Source: Camelus ferus (Eukaryota). Taken from it: a stretch of 64,000 nucleotides of DNA. A model generated the notes under the pieces. That model ran no database searches. It was not told the origin of the DNA and saw only the letters and a list, made by a program, of their open reading frames with translations. Within the stretch, counting starts at the first letter, position 1, and the number at the start of each line of letters is the position of its first letter. The DNA is taken from NCBI RefSeq assembly GCF_009834535.1, contig NC_045697.1:73224001-73288000 (forward strand), read 5' to 3'. Positions 12,751-24,240 of the stretch are shown piece after piece. A program made the translations under genes and the position numbers.

Positions 12751-13049
12751 CTTAGAAGGGCTCTTTGTCTGGATGTGGGGAAGTGTCCACAAGGGAAAAT
12801 CTCCAATAATGGAAGTTATACAGAATAAATGTAGACTTTAAATTCCAACTTTAAAATTATAAATGAAAAGAGGCTTACACATACATACTACACACACACA
12901 TATACACAACTTGTATTATCTTCATCAAAATGGTAACTTTGGTAAGTTAAGAAATTTTCCCTTCCTTTATCTTTTGCATAGGAATATTTTGGGGATGGGG
13001 AGAATAAAATTATTTGCAATCAAGTTTGGTTAAGTAAAGGAAGATAATT

Positions 13050-13330
13050 GAGTTGGGTAACATAATTCTTGGTTAAAACCTAGATGTGATATAAAGGAAC
13101 TAATGAAACTTTATAACTCAAGGAGTTAGTCTAAGGTCAGCCCCATGGAAGGATCTTCCCAGAATATTGAGCAATTTTAGTGTAATTGGATGACTAGAAG
13201 GCAGATCTTTATTTAAATACATTGTTTCAGGCATTGGTAAAATACTAGAATGTATGATGTTATCAATACTCTAGGGATACAGTTAAAGGCAAGAAATTTT
13301 ACTAAAATATGTTTCAAAAAGAATTTTCAT
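13050..13330 (+). mobile_element. Possible continuation of the CR1/L3 RT relic
   Basis: Weak similarity: TQGVSLRSAPWKD (CR1: TQRV.ING..S.W) and LFK.IV (LFNIFI). Confidence 0.3.
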
Positions 13331-15603
13331 CAATATGGGTATATTTATTGGGGATCAATTATTTCCTAATTGACACCAGCCATGGAATTTTAAACACAAG
13401 TGATTTAATACAGAAAATTGGTTACCCAGGTGTTGGATGGTGGAAGAGCCAAAAATGGATGTTGAAGAAACTCAGAGGTGAGTCACCATCAAAACTAGTT
13501 ACCACTCCAAGGATTGAGGGAAGCAAAGGAAAAAGGGGTCCTGGGAATACTGTGTGTAGATCTCTGAGAAGAAGCTTTACAAAGATAATATTTGGCCACG
13601 TGACACTTTTTCAAGGTCAAAATACCCTTTTTCATATCTGAGCTTAAGTATAATAAATAGCAATTATTTCATCTTAGCAACAATAACAATATCAATTTGG
13701 TAATAAGGTGCAATTAATTTTAATGCAAATGAAGACATTCACTTCGCAAAATCGGGAGACACAAATCCCCATAGTCGCTCTGCGATACTAACACTTGTTT
13801 TAGTTTAATCACAATCCAAAGTTAATATTGTATAGTAGAAAAACTAAGTTTTAAGGTTGTTTACCACCAAAAGTAATCTGGAAAAGCAAAAGAGATTAGA
13901 TAATGGTGAATATATACATGTGTACATAATAACACAAAAAGAAAATGTCCATTACTGCTGTCATTTCTGAAACTCAATATGAGGCCACAATTGGTCTTTA
14001 AAAATCCTTGTTTCCACCATCAATTCCATGTTCCCTTTACCTGCAGCCATTGTCAGAGCTGGGTGACATTTTTTACCTGCTAATGAATCTCAAAACCAAC
14101 ATCTTTGGAAGACTTGCCATTAAATGTTTCTATCGTACAATGAAAATCCAGCAGTTGCCCTAGAAATAACCCTGGATTCTGGACAGATGAACAGATCTCT
14201 CCATATCCACATCAGGTAGCAGCAATCATATTTCTCCTTGGTAATTAGGAGAAATTTCCCCAAACAGTACAGCATTCTTTTTTTTTTTTTTTTCCCCTGA
14301 TGGTTTGGTACCCTGAGGAATTCCAACGGCCCATTTTCAACCTCATATTCCAGTTCAATGGGACCATTGTTTGTCAAAGTATTTTTTAATATATATTATT
14401 AAAGTTTTAGGAAATAAAAGTGTTACATATAATTGAAAACTTTAATTCCAAAGACAAGATTTGGAATAAGAGATGGCTAATCATTTTATAATTGTAAAAC
14501 ATCTTACTGAGAGCATTTTGGGGGAAAAATCAAGCATGTACAGCACAAAAATGTAGAAATATATACAGCTTTATCAAACTTATCTTATTCTACAGGTTTG
14601 TCTGCTAGGTTTTGTTTCTGTAATCTTCACTTATAGGTTTGCATGACAATGGGGGCTTACAGAGTGTTTCCATCACACTCTAGGAGAGCTCGTGTGTCTG
14701 CATGCTAGCGTACAGTGATCTGGTACAGGAACACGGTTTTCATATTTCAGTGGAGTGGAAAAGAAAAGGCAACCTTTTTGAAAATAGAATGAATAGGAAA
14801 GAGAGTGTTTTTTTCTCTAACATGTTAATGAAATGGGAGTCTGTAGTTTTGTTAGTTCCGTGATGTGAAAAATAGAAAATCTCTGCTATCTGACCTCATA
14901 GGTCTTCTTTACATATGAAGAACCGTATGCAAAAAGTATTTCTGAAACTGAAAGCACACGCTGGTAGGAATGGAGGGATTTGTTTGTATTCTTGTTTGTT
15001 ATTTTTTAAGTTTATTTGTATTCTTGATGGCTAGGGTTTTTTTTTTTTTTTTTTGAAAATTGCATATTGAGCATAAATACTAAAAAGCAAAAAACTCTGT
15101 GTAAGAAACCTAACAGAGACAACATGACATTAAATGTGAAGGAAAAAAACAGGAATTTTTCTTGGAGTGGCACTTCCTTAAAAGAACAGCATTTAATAAC
15201 ATAAAATGGGAGCTTCTTTTTTTATGAAATTTTCCTGACAACCAAACCAATCACTGACGTCTCATGCAATTTTTCCCCCAGGCTTATAGGGAGAACTCTT
15301 AGGCTGACTCTATAATGAACCGAAAATATTTCCTAGCTCTGATCACTGAAAAGGCTGAGAGGAATAACCAAGTCATATCTACAAGTACCCTTAGTGCTCA
15401 CTGTAGGGGTTGTAGATACACATGGTTGTCTGGCACTGATAATATGTAAAATTTAATGATCAATATGCCCTCTCCGTTTTCCCATATATTTGAAAATTCC
15501 AAAATAAAACACTGAGGAAAAGTGAATAATCTTAAAATATGAGTCAAATATGAGGCAACAGGAGCAGAACGAGGCTGATGTCTAAGAAAAAGAGTCAATG
15601 AGA

Positions 15604-16400
15604 CAAAAAGTCTACAAATAATAAATGGTAGAGAGGGTGTGGAGAAAAGGGAATCCTCCTACATGGTGGGAATGTAAATTGGTGCAGCCACTATGGAAAA
15701 CAGTATGGAAGTTCTTTAAAAAACTGAAAATAGAGTTACCATATGATTCAGCAATCCCACTCCTGGGCATATATTCAGAAGAAAACAAAAACTCTAATTT
15801 GAAAAGATACATGCACCCCAGTATTCATAGCAGCAGTGATTACAACAGGCAAGACATGGAAATAACCCAAGTGCCCAACAACAGACAATTGGTTTAAGAA
15901 GATGTGGCATGTATGTGTATGTGTGTGTGTGTGTGTGTGTGTAGTATTACTCAGCCATGAAAAAGAATGAAATACTGCCATTTGCAGCAACATGGATGGA
16001 ACTAGAGAATATCATACTGAGTGAAGTAAGTCAGAAAGAGAAAGATAAATATTATATGATATCACTTAAATGTGGAATCTAAAAAATAATACAAATGAGT
16101 CTATATACAAAACAGAAAGAGACTCACAGACATAGGAAACAAATTTGTGGTTACCAAAGGGAAAAGAGAGTGGTGGAGGGGTACATTAGGAGTATGGGAT
16201 TAACAGATACAAACTACTATACATACCATAGATACACAATAAGGATTTACTGTATAGCACAGACAAATATATTTAATATCTTGTAATAACTTATAAAGGA
16301 AATAATCTAAATATAATATATATATAAAATTGAATCGTTTTGCTGTATACCTGAAACTAACACTATATTGTAAGTCAACTATTCTTCAATAAAAAGAAAG
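15604..16400 (+). mobile_element. 5'-truncated lineage-specific L1 with TSD
   Basis: ORF2 C-terminus ([28 protein letters not shown]), 3' UTR and aataaaaa. TSD gagtcaatgaga (15592-15603) / gagtcagtgaga (16403-16414). Confidence 0.92.
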
Positions 16401-16989
16401 ACGAGTCAGTGAGAAACTGTGATGGGCTCATTGGCATTCACGCAGGATGTTGAGTATTGATCCCAGCACTCAGCAAGCATGGTCCCCGGCCATGAGGTCT
16501 ACATTTATACATGGCTGCAGCAACAAAAAAAATATCAATCACAATTTGCCTATCTTGTGCCTGGTATCATCTGTGTTTACATTTATAAAACAGCACGTTG
16601 CCCTTACACACTTTGTTCAAAAAGCAAAGACTTTTGACTACAGAATAGAAAGGAAGAGATGAGTTTTGAAGATTATTTTGCTTCTATAAAATGTTACCCA
16701 AGAAAACCATCCAACAGAAATAGGTTTCAGTACTTCTCCGGATATAATGCCTTCCTTGAAAGTTATTGTGACTATGGCATTTCATTGGCCAAAATAAATT
16801 TGATTCACAAGTCGTTGTCCCTAAGAGAGGCTAGTTGGTTTCTCCCACATGCCTAGGAATGGGTGGATGATGGTGGGTTAGAGCTACTTAATGTGCAGGT
16901 GGCATCGGTCCAGCTGTGTCCAGGTATAACTAACTCAGGTCATAGAAGGCAATACTCACTCAGCAATATTGCTGTTCTGAGGTCTACGC

Positions 16990-17745
16990 ATGTTCTTTCA
17001 TTTTTAAATTTGGAATTTTCAAACACAAATAAAAGTAGAGAGACTAATAAAGGAGATTTGATTTATTCATCATACAATTTTAACAACTATCAAAACACAG
17101 CCCACTTTTTAAATCTATAACTCCTGCCCCACTGGCCACCAGGGTGATTCTTGTTACTGGGTTGTTCATTGTTTCCAGGCATTTTCAGTGGACAGAGCTG
17201 AAAAAAATGTGTATTTCTTAAACTTTTTCTATTAGGACAGTTTTAGATTAACAGATATATTGTGAAAGCAGTACCAAGAGTTCTCATAAGCCACACCTAG
17301 AATTCCCTATTATATCTTACATTAGTGTAGTACATTTGGTACAGCTAATTGTAATTAACTAAAGTCCATGCTTTATTCATATTTCTTTAGTTTTACCTAA
17401 CGCACCTTTTCTGTTCCATAATCCCATCCAGGAACCATATTATATTCAGTTGTCATGTCTCCTTAGATCCCTCCTGGCTGTGACAGTTTCTCAGACTTTC
17501 CTTGTTTTGGATGACCTTGACAGGTATTTGACGGAATGCCTCCCAACTGGGATTTATCTGATATTTTTCACGTAAGACTTGGGTATGTCATTCTGAGGAG
17601 AAAAACCACTGACATACATTACAGTTTCCATCACATCATTAGCAAGGATACATACTATCCACATGTCTCACCATTGTTGATTCTGACTTTGATATACTGG
17701 CTGAGATAATGTTCATCAGATTTCTCCACTATCAAATTACTCTTT
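16990..17745 (-). mobile_element. L1 3' UTR fragments, antisense (L1ME/L1MC-type)
   Basis: tgacagtttctcagacttt..ccttgttttggatgaccttgacag is the reverse complement of the motif at about 6260-6305. Confidence 0.75.
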
Positions 17746-17970
17746 GATGCCAAAAACACAATCCATAAAAAAAAAAAATTGATTAACTGGATCTCATCCA
17801 AATCAAAAATTTTGCTCTGAGAAAGACCATGATAAAAGGATGAAAAGAAAAACGAAAAAATGGGATACTTAATATCTGCTAGATATTAATAAAGGATACA
17901 TGGGCCCTCTGTTTTGTTTCTTGCAACTGCCTGTGAATCTACAGTTATCTCAAAATAAAAAGTTTAATTA
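17746..17970 (+). mobile_element. Short sense L1 fragments
   Basis: ORF2 piece (caaaaacacaatccataaaa..ttgattaactggatctcatccaaatcaaaaa) and a 3' tail (cttgcaactgcctgtgaatctacagttatctcaaaataaaaag). Confidence 0.65.
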
Positions 17971-20516
17971 AGATATCTAATTTCTGTTTTCATTTTTCTT
18001 GGCAATGGATTATGTAGAAATGCACTGGTTAATATCCCAACAGTGTGTGATTTTCCAGTGCTCGTTATGGTGGTGCTTTCTCACATAACTGTGCTTCGTC
18101 TGGTCCCTACAATATCCTTGACATTCTCCCGGGCAGTGAGGCTATTTATGGATACTAGTAATATTGCTGAAGATTCTCCTCATGTCTGTAGGTGAGCATC
18201 ACGGGAGAATAAAGTTGAAAAATTCAAGATGTTTTCTTCAGCCTCTAGAAAATATTCTTTGATTTTGAGAGTGGATACATAACCTTTGGGGAATTCTCCT
18301 TTCTGGAGTGATTTTACTGCCGCATTGCTGTTGTTGATAAGATGATGTGATGGTGATGCTTTCCTTAGTTGGAGGACATACGGATTAAGCATACACAGAG
18401 GCCACGTTTTCCTCATCACATAAAGGGGTATGTGGATGGCAGGACCCCTATATAATCTTCAGTGAGTCCCACTCCCAGCATTTCTAGGGAGAGAATTGAT
18501 TCAAATTTATGTTTGTTTAGGGTTTATGTTCAAATATTAATTTCAAACCCTAGAAAAGTTTTGACAAAAATTGAAATGAACTTGGAATCTTTATTTCAAA
18601 CTGTGATATCAGATGGGTTTGCCTCATTCATGTCTAATGCCTCCGTTCAACTGGAGTTGAATGCCATTTTTCTTCACTTATCCATCAGTTTAAACTTGTC
18701 AGCTCATTAAAGTATCTTCTGAGATCTAGCAGATATTACATAGACTCAGAAATACAGAATCAACTCATGTAACTCACACACCTCACCAGGTGTGTGTATC
18801 CTGCTAAAAGCTGAACAGGGAAATGACTCTTTTTTTATTGGCTAAGCTACTTTACACCTTGCTGAATTAATTCATATGTAATTACATAAAAGTAGTTGTA
18901 TTTAATATATTTAAAATAAAGATATGAATAATGGTAAATGACAATAATCTCCATATATGTACATTTTTTCACATTATAATAGTCTATTTAACACCATGGT
19001 TTACACCAAAGACACACGTGGTTCTTGCACAATATTCCTGACCACACAAGTATTCCTGGTAAGTATTATCAAGTAGTCATACCTAGGAAATTTCTACATG
19101 GATTTTGAATTCAAAGTTTATAAATAGATTTGGACAAGTTTACAAAGCTATTTTTATTGAACTCTTGGGAATCATAAATTCATCTTGTAAACTAATCATT
19201 ACTAAAATTCACGTTGAAATAGTAAAATGATTCTACTAGGAAACTATCTCCCTGTAGTGATAAGTACTTGAAATAAGTCAAAAAATAAATATACTTACTC
19301 AAGGTTCATTTATAGTTTTTTAAATAAAGCCTCATGGCCGTAAGCAGTTGTACAGGCATCGTGATACACGTGCCTGATTAATGCCAGCAATATTGTCCTG
19401 CCACAGCTTGAAACAAGCCATTGCCTAAGGACCCTCGGCCATGAGTTTCCTGCTGGAATAGCTAACTTTTAAATCCCCAGAGGTGAAGTCATGAGTTTCT
19501 GATGATTGTTTCTTTTTTCCCTTCAGTTGTGACCAATGCATTTTAAAAATATGCTTCTAGAAGTTTCATGACCTAGAGAGTTTCCAAGTGAATATGTTAA
19601 TTTTTGTATTTTTGAATTTAATATACACAAACTTGTAAGTAGATCGCAGTATGTTTTCATCCACACCATCCTCTCTAGCCTGCCAGGTTGCTCTTGGTTC
19701 AGCCCATATTTCTCAATGTCTCCTGTACTGCATTTAACTTATCACCCTTTGTTCTCTTCTTTGTGTCACCAGACTATTGTCGATTCCCCAGCAATCCATG
19801 ACATTATTTTTCTTCAAAAGTTGTAGGGAGTTGAACTTAAACATCATGGTGCATTGGTCTGAAACATGTTTAGATGGTATTTTGTCTTGAACCCCTCAAG
19901 TTCACATCAATCCATTTACTCATTCATTCATTCATCCAATATAAGTAATCTGACTTTTCCGATGCAGTGTTTAAATTTCGGGAAAGCATTGTTTCCATTA
20001 AGGACCCGATTGTACAAGTCTCACAATATAAAAAAATGAAGGAAAACCTCCTACACTTAAATATGCATTTGAATTTTGCTATTTACCTGAAAGGAGCTAA
20101 ATCAAAGTCACAGGACTGAGTTATGAACATCAATGTGTCACTGATGACTCCTAACAGCTGAACACATTCAGATGATTGTTTATGCTGACAACGAAGGAGT
20201 GTTCAAATCAAAAATCAAAAGTGAAAAATAAAAATACATATTTGTATGTACTTGTATGGCTATTACATGCTGTGATCTGTTATATAATCACATTTCATCC
20301 TTAATAGCTGATACAAATTGATTAAACGTTTTGTAAACAATGGATCTTAGCATTACTGAAATATGGTGCTACCTATCTTGAGAGTTGTAATAAAAAATTA
20401 TGGCTCATGGTGCCTGCATCACAGCATGCACCAAAACGGAATAACTATTCCATAGAAAAAAAGGAAATGTGTTTTCCCTCTAAAAACACAGATCAGACTC
20501 TAATGGTAAAGACAGA

Positions 20517-20928
20517 CATGTGGTTAAGATCTGTTTCTTCAGGAAACCAGAGATCTGCATGCATCAGATTTATTAGCGAGATCTGGTTACAACAACCATG
20601 ACACAGCATTGGGCAGAAGGTGAAACGGAGCTAGAGTGCAGATGTACCAGCAAACGTAGTCAGTCCCCAGGGAGTTCTGAAGCTTGGATGTCCCGTTAGG
20701 GTTATTCTCAGTTGTACAAATGGGTCAGGTCTTTGTACGCTTGCATCAAACAGTTACTGAATATGATACTCCCTGGGGAAGAGGGTGACGCATATCATCC
20801 TGCTGAGAACAATTCACAGAGAAGGACACAGTCGTAGTCGTCAACAGGCAAACCTTGCCACAATGGGAAGAACACGTATCTCGGTCCTGAAAGAATATCC
20901 GAATAGCGCACTTCAGGATCCCCTGCAC
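20517..20928 (-). mobile_element. ERVL LTR, LTR33-like
   Basis: agatctgcatgcatcagatttatt..., gggcagaagg.., ggtctttgtac.., tcggtcctgaa; homologous to the 8.5 and 36.1 kb copies. Confidence 0.6.
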
Positions 20929-20939
20929 ACCTTCACAAA

Positions 20940-21092
20940 TAATGTCCATATCTATCTGAAAGTGGGGCGTTTCTATGAAACATTTCCTAAACTGAAATGG
21001 CATAAAGCGAAGAAGCAATTACCACAGGACACATCTTGCTAATGGATACAAAAAATAAATCCAGATAAAACACAGATGCTCACAGACACAGT
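20940..21092. mobile_element. Possible TcMar-Tigger-type DNA transposon fragment
   Basis: aaatggcataaagcgaagaagcaattacca...cacagatgctcacagacacagt resembles a recalled Tigger-derived MER; family uncertain. Confidence 0.35.
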
Positions 21093-21784
21093 CTTTATTT
21101 TCCATTTCTCTCACATTCATTAGAACTCATATTTTTACACTAGATTCCTGATTCTTATCATACTTGGAATGGGTCTGTTTTTCTGGTTGAATTCTGATGC
21201 TCTGCCAAATAATAGACTAAGGAGATCTGTGCACATCAGAACGCTCAAGAGAAGGGCATGTGAGTCTATGTATGTTATGTTCCTCATGAGGCCTCTTACC
21301 CTACTTCATGAGATTGGATTCCCACATACTAGACACATATTATCAGGTTTCATTGTGATTTGCACTAAGGTAAGAATTTTGCCTTTATCACTTCATTTAT
21401 CCTTCACCAAAACCCCATGCAGTAGATATTATTATTCTAATTACAAACTATTCTAGATCATGAACAGTGGTCATTCTTGAATAGGAATAAGCAAGAATGC
21501 CAAATATCAAATACCAAATACCAAATGTGAACCATTTACAGATCACATTATCCTGTGTGTGTGTGAAGAGCTGTGTCTATCCAAGTTAAGTATTCTGAAG
21601 TTGTGCTGATTATTTTTCTTGTTTTTAATACACTGTTCCTCTATGAGTTTAGATTGACAAACTTATCAACATAAGGCAGGTGGAAATCTAAGTCACTGAC
21701 AGCTAATCATTGCAAACTTTGATCTTGCAAGCTTGCTTCAAAGTGATAGCAGCAAATATTTGAGATAAAAAATGAAAACATTGG

Positions 21785-22010
21785 CAATAACAATAATTAT
21801 AAAACTTACCCTTGGATAAGGCTTTATAACATCACTTACAAAGCATATGTATTACATTATCTCATTTGAATCTCACAGAATCTTTGAAGTAAGGATTATT
21901 ATAACCTCTCATTCACAGATGAAGAAAATGATGCTCAGATCAGATAAATGACTTAAACCCACTCAGCAAGTAGCAAGAGTTGGATCTTGAGTAAAAACGT
22001 TCTGATTCTC
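21785..22010 (-). mobile_element. MIR SINE
   Basis: cattatctcatttgaatctcaca...cattcacagatgaagaaaatgatgctcaga (antisense MIR core). Confidence 0.8.
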
Positions 22011-22299
22011 AATTTCATACGATTGTTTTATGGTATGTATATTGATTTTAGAAGAGCATGGGCTATTGAACTAGCTCTGGCCACAACAGTACATTCTGGT
22101 AGTTTTGAGTTGTCACACAGTATATGTGTTTGACCTTGAAAACACACTTTCATATTGAAAACGTATTCATTTTTAAATGAATAACAATAAATAACATCAC
22201 TTCTCAATATACCATCCCTGAGCTTCAAGAATTTCTGAAACTCTGTAAGGGCTCAGTTACTGCTATTAAGAAGTAAAACCCATACCTACCCATTGTTAC

Positions 22300-22860
22300 C
22301 TGGAATGGAATGCTTCCCTTGTGTGAATGCGACGTCATTCTCCCCAGTCAAAGGAAAAACAAAGTCAAAATGGCTAGATATGTGTAGATATTCACTGAGC
22401 TGGCTCCCAGTACACACTGATTCATAATTATCCGATTTTGAAATATGCTATGATAATCCTTGTGCTAGTTCATGGCAATCTACTCAGGCAGACAAATACT
22501 GTTTTGGCTAATAGCACTGATCACAAACAGAATTTGAACGTTTGCAGACAACAGACTTACTAGAAATATGAAGACCTACAGCGGAGCTGAATGGCTGGAC
22601 AACAGTAAATTCTGAATAATGCATTTCGGTCTGTGTTATTAAAAATGCAGTATGTGTCAGTCACACAAAACCCAGTTTTCGTTGAGGGATCCTTTTCTGT
22701 ACACCACTGTGACTTACAATAGGCAGCGAAATTCTTCACAAATCACAGCTGAAACCCAAGTATCCCTCCCACCTCGCTCTCTTTCAAACTTCCTGGCAAA
22801 AATTTAAATTAACTACTTAGCTGTAGTGTTATTAATTGAGGGTGTCTAAAATATATCCTT
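22300..22860. promoter_or_regulatory. Repeat-free block resembling a conserved non-coding element
   Basis: Unique sequence with retained CpGs, tandem GGAATG, a CRE-like GACGTCA and TAATTA/ATTAAT motifs. Function is inferred only. Confidence 0.35.
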
Positions 22861-23239
22861 TTTATGTGTTGCAGTGTGTGTGTCTGTGCAAGTGTATTTG
22901 ATAGGCTGAATATAAAGGTGAGTTAATGGTTAATAAGTGAGCACGTAAGAAAGGAAACAACTAGTTTATTTGTATAAACAAGCTTTGCCTTCTCTCTTTA
23001 GCCTTAGCAATGTGGATTAGAAATAAAGGCATTAACTGTATCTAGTTCTTTAAGAGATTGAAATTTAGGAAAAGAAGAATAAAGTGAATGGTAGGAATTC
23101 TAGCTTATACCAGTCCTATCTTTATTTCTTGAAAATACATGCAAGAAAATCAGAACTAAGTTGTGAAATGCAGTAGTAGATTTAAACATATCAATTTATA
23201 ACTTGCTGTAGGAGTATTCATTTCAGTAAGAACTGTTTC

Positions 23240-23460
23240 TAGTTCAGCGTTTCCCTGTCGCTTAACTGAACCCAGAAATGCTCCCCTGGCTCATTGTGTG
23301 GCAGCCCTGCCCGCGGACTGCGCATGCCTGAGCCCTTGTGCGGCAGCTGCCCGGGCTGGCCCTTCTTGTTCAGCAGTTACTGGCTTTCTCCTGCTTTCCG
23401 TGGCTGGGTATGTTTCTCTGCTTTGCTTCACTACTCTGAGCGAGTAACCAGCTTGTTTTC
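23240..23460. promoter_or_regulatory. Small GC/CpG-rich promoter-like core
   Basis: About 9 CpG in about 200 bp within AT-rich DNA, an NRF1-like TGCGCATGC at 23319-23327 and a donor-like GG|GTATGT at 23408. Confidence 0.4.
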
Positions 23461-23899
23461 TCTTTGTGATATTTAACAAATTGATGATGATTTTCTTCCC
23501 CTGATTGTTTCTTTGGCCACAGCAAAGTGAAGGCAATAGAATACAGAGAATCAAAGATTTTTTGAAAAAGACAAGTCTGGTGGAAATACTGAGAGCAGAC
23601 GCTGATCTCTCTCCTGCCTTGTAAAACTTGGGGGATGTAATTTCGGTAGGGCTTTGGGTCTAACTACGAGGGGCTTTTTTTCTTTTTCACCGTCAATCTC
23701 CTCTTCTAAAAGATGTGTTTTCTATATGTCTATGCAGAACTATTCCTATTTACATTAGCTTTACTAACAAATATTTCACCTGGTCTCCGTTACCCAGTCC
23801 TCTTCCCACATCCATTATTGGTAATCAGCTGAAGCATTGCTTGATTTATAGACTATTTCATAATCCTTTCATACAGAGTTTTGAGACTTCTCTTTTTTG

Positions 23900-24085
23900 A
23901 TCTCTTACTCTACCTCATTGTTATGTTTATCATAACTTTTACAATACTCATCTTTATTACATATGTGATAACCCAAACTAAATCGTAAACTTCTTGAAAA
24001 CTGAAACAGTTTTTGATTCCCTTCTTTATGCCGAGAGCCAATAAAACTGCCTGGCACCTAGAAAGTGCTTAATAAATGTTTGTTG
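23900..24085 (+). mobile_element. L2 3' end
   Basis: cgtaaacttcttgaaaa... tgcctggcacctagaaagtgcttaataaatgtttgttg. Confidence 0.75.
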
Positions 24086-24240
24086 TATAAAGGCTGATGA
24101 CAAGCAAGAATATTTGAAAACTGGGGTGAACAAAGATACAGAGAGCTTATTGGATAAGAGTTAGGAGCCAGGGGGAAAAAAAGCTGTTAGCTTAAGAAAA
24201 TTAAGAAGAGAGTAAAAGTACATATTTAAAACCCACACAC

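Noticed and set aside
14120..14377. Minus-strand ORF MTNNGPIELEYEVENGPLEFL...
   Set aside because: It runs through a poly-T/A tract, has no convincing splice sites and resembles no known family.
16857..16923. Possible + strand exon EWVDDGGLELLNVQ
   Set aside because: The donors (gtggca, gtataa) are weak and the peptide is not recognisable; consistent with a pseudo-exon.
6130..17640. Long-range inverted repeat between about 6130-6450 and 17350-17640
   Set aside because: Explained by two old, diverged L1MC-type copies in opposite orientation.
18983..19058. Kozak ACCATGG with an open frame to a CTG|GTAAGT donor
   Set aside because: The acceptor is weak, there is no promoter context, the peptide is unrecognisable and no partner exon was found; expected by chance in 64 kb.
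19500..19880. Strong-looking acceptors at 19526 and 19772, and a C-box-like TGATGA
   Set aside because: Donors are weak, frames are closed or unrecognisable, and there is no properly placed D box or terminal stem for a snoRNA.
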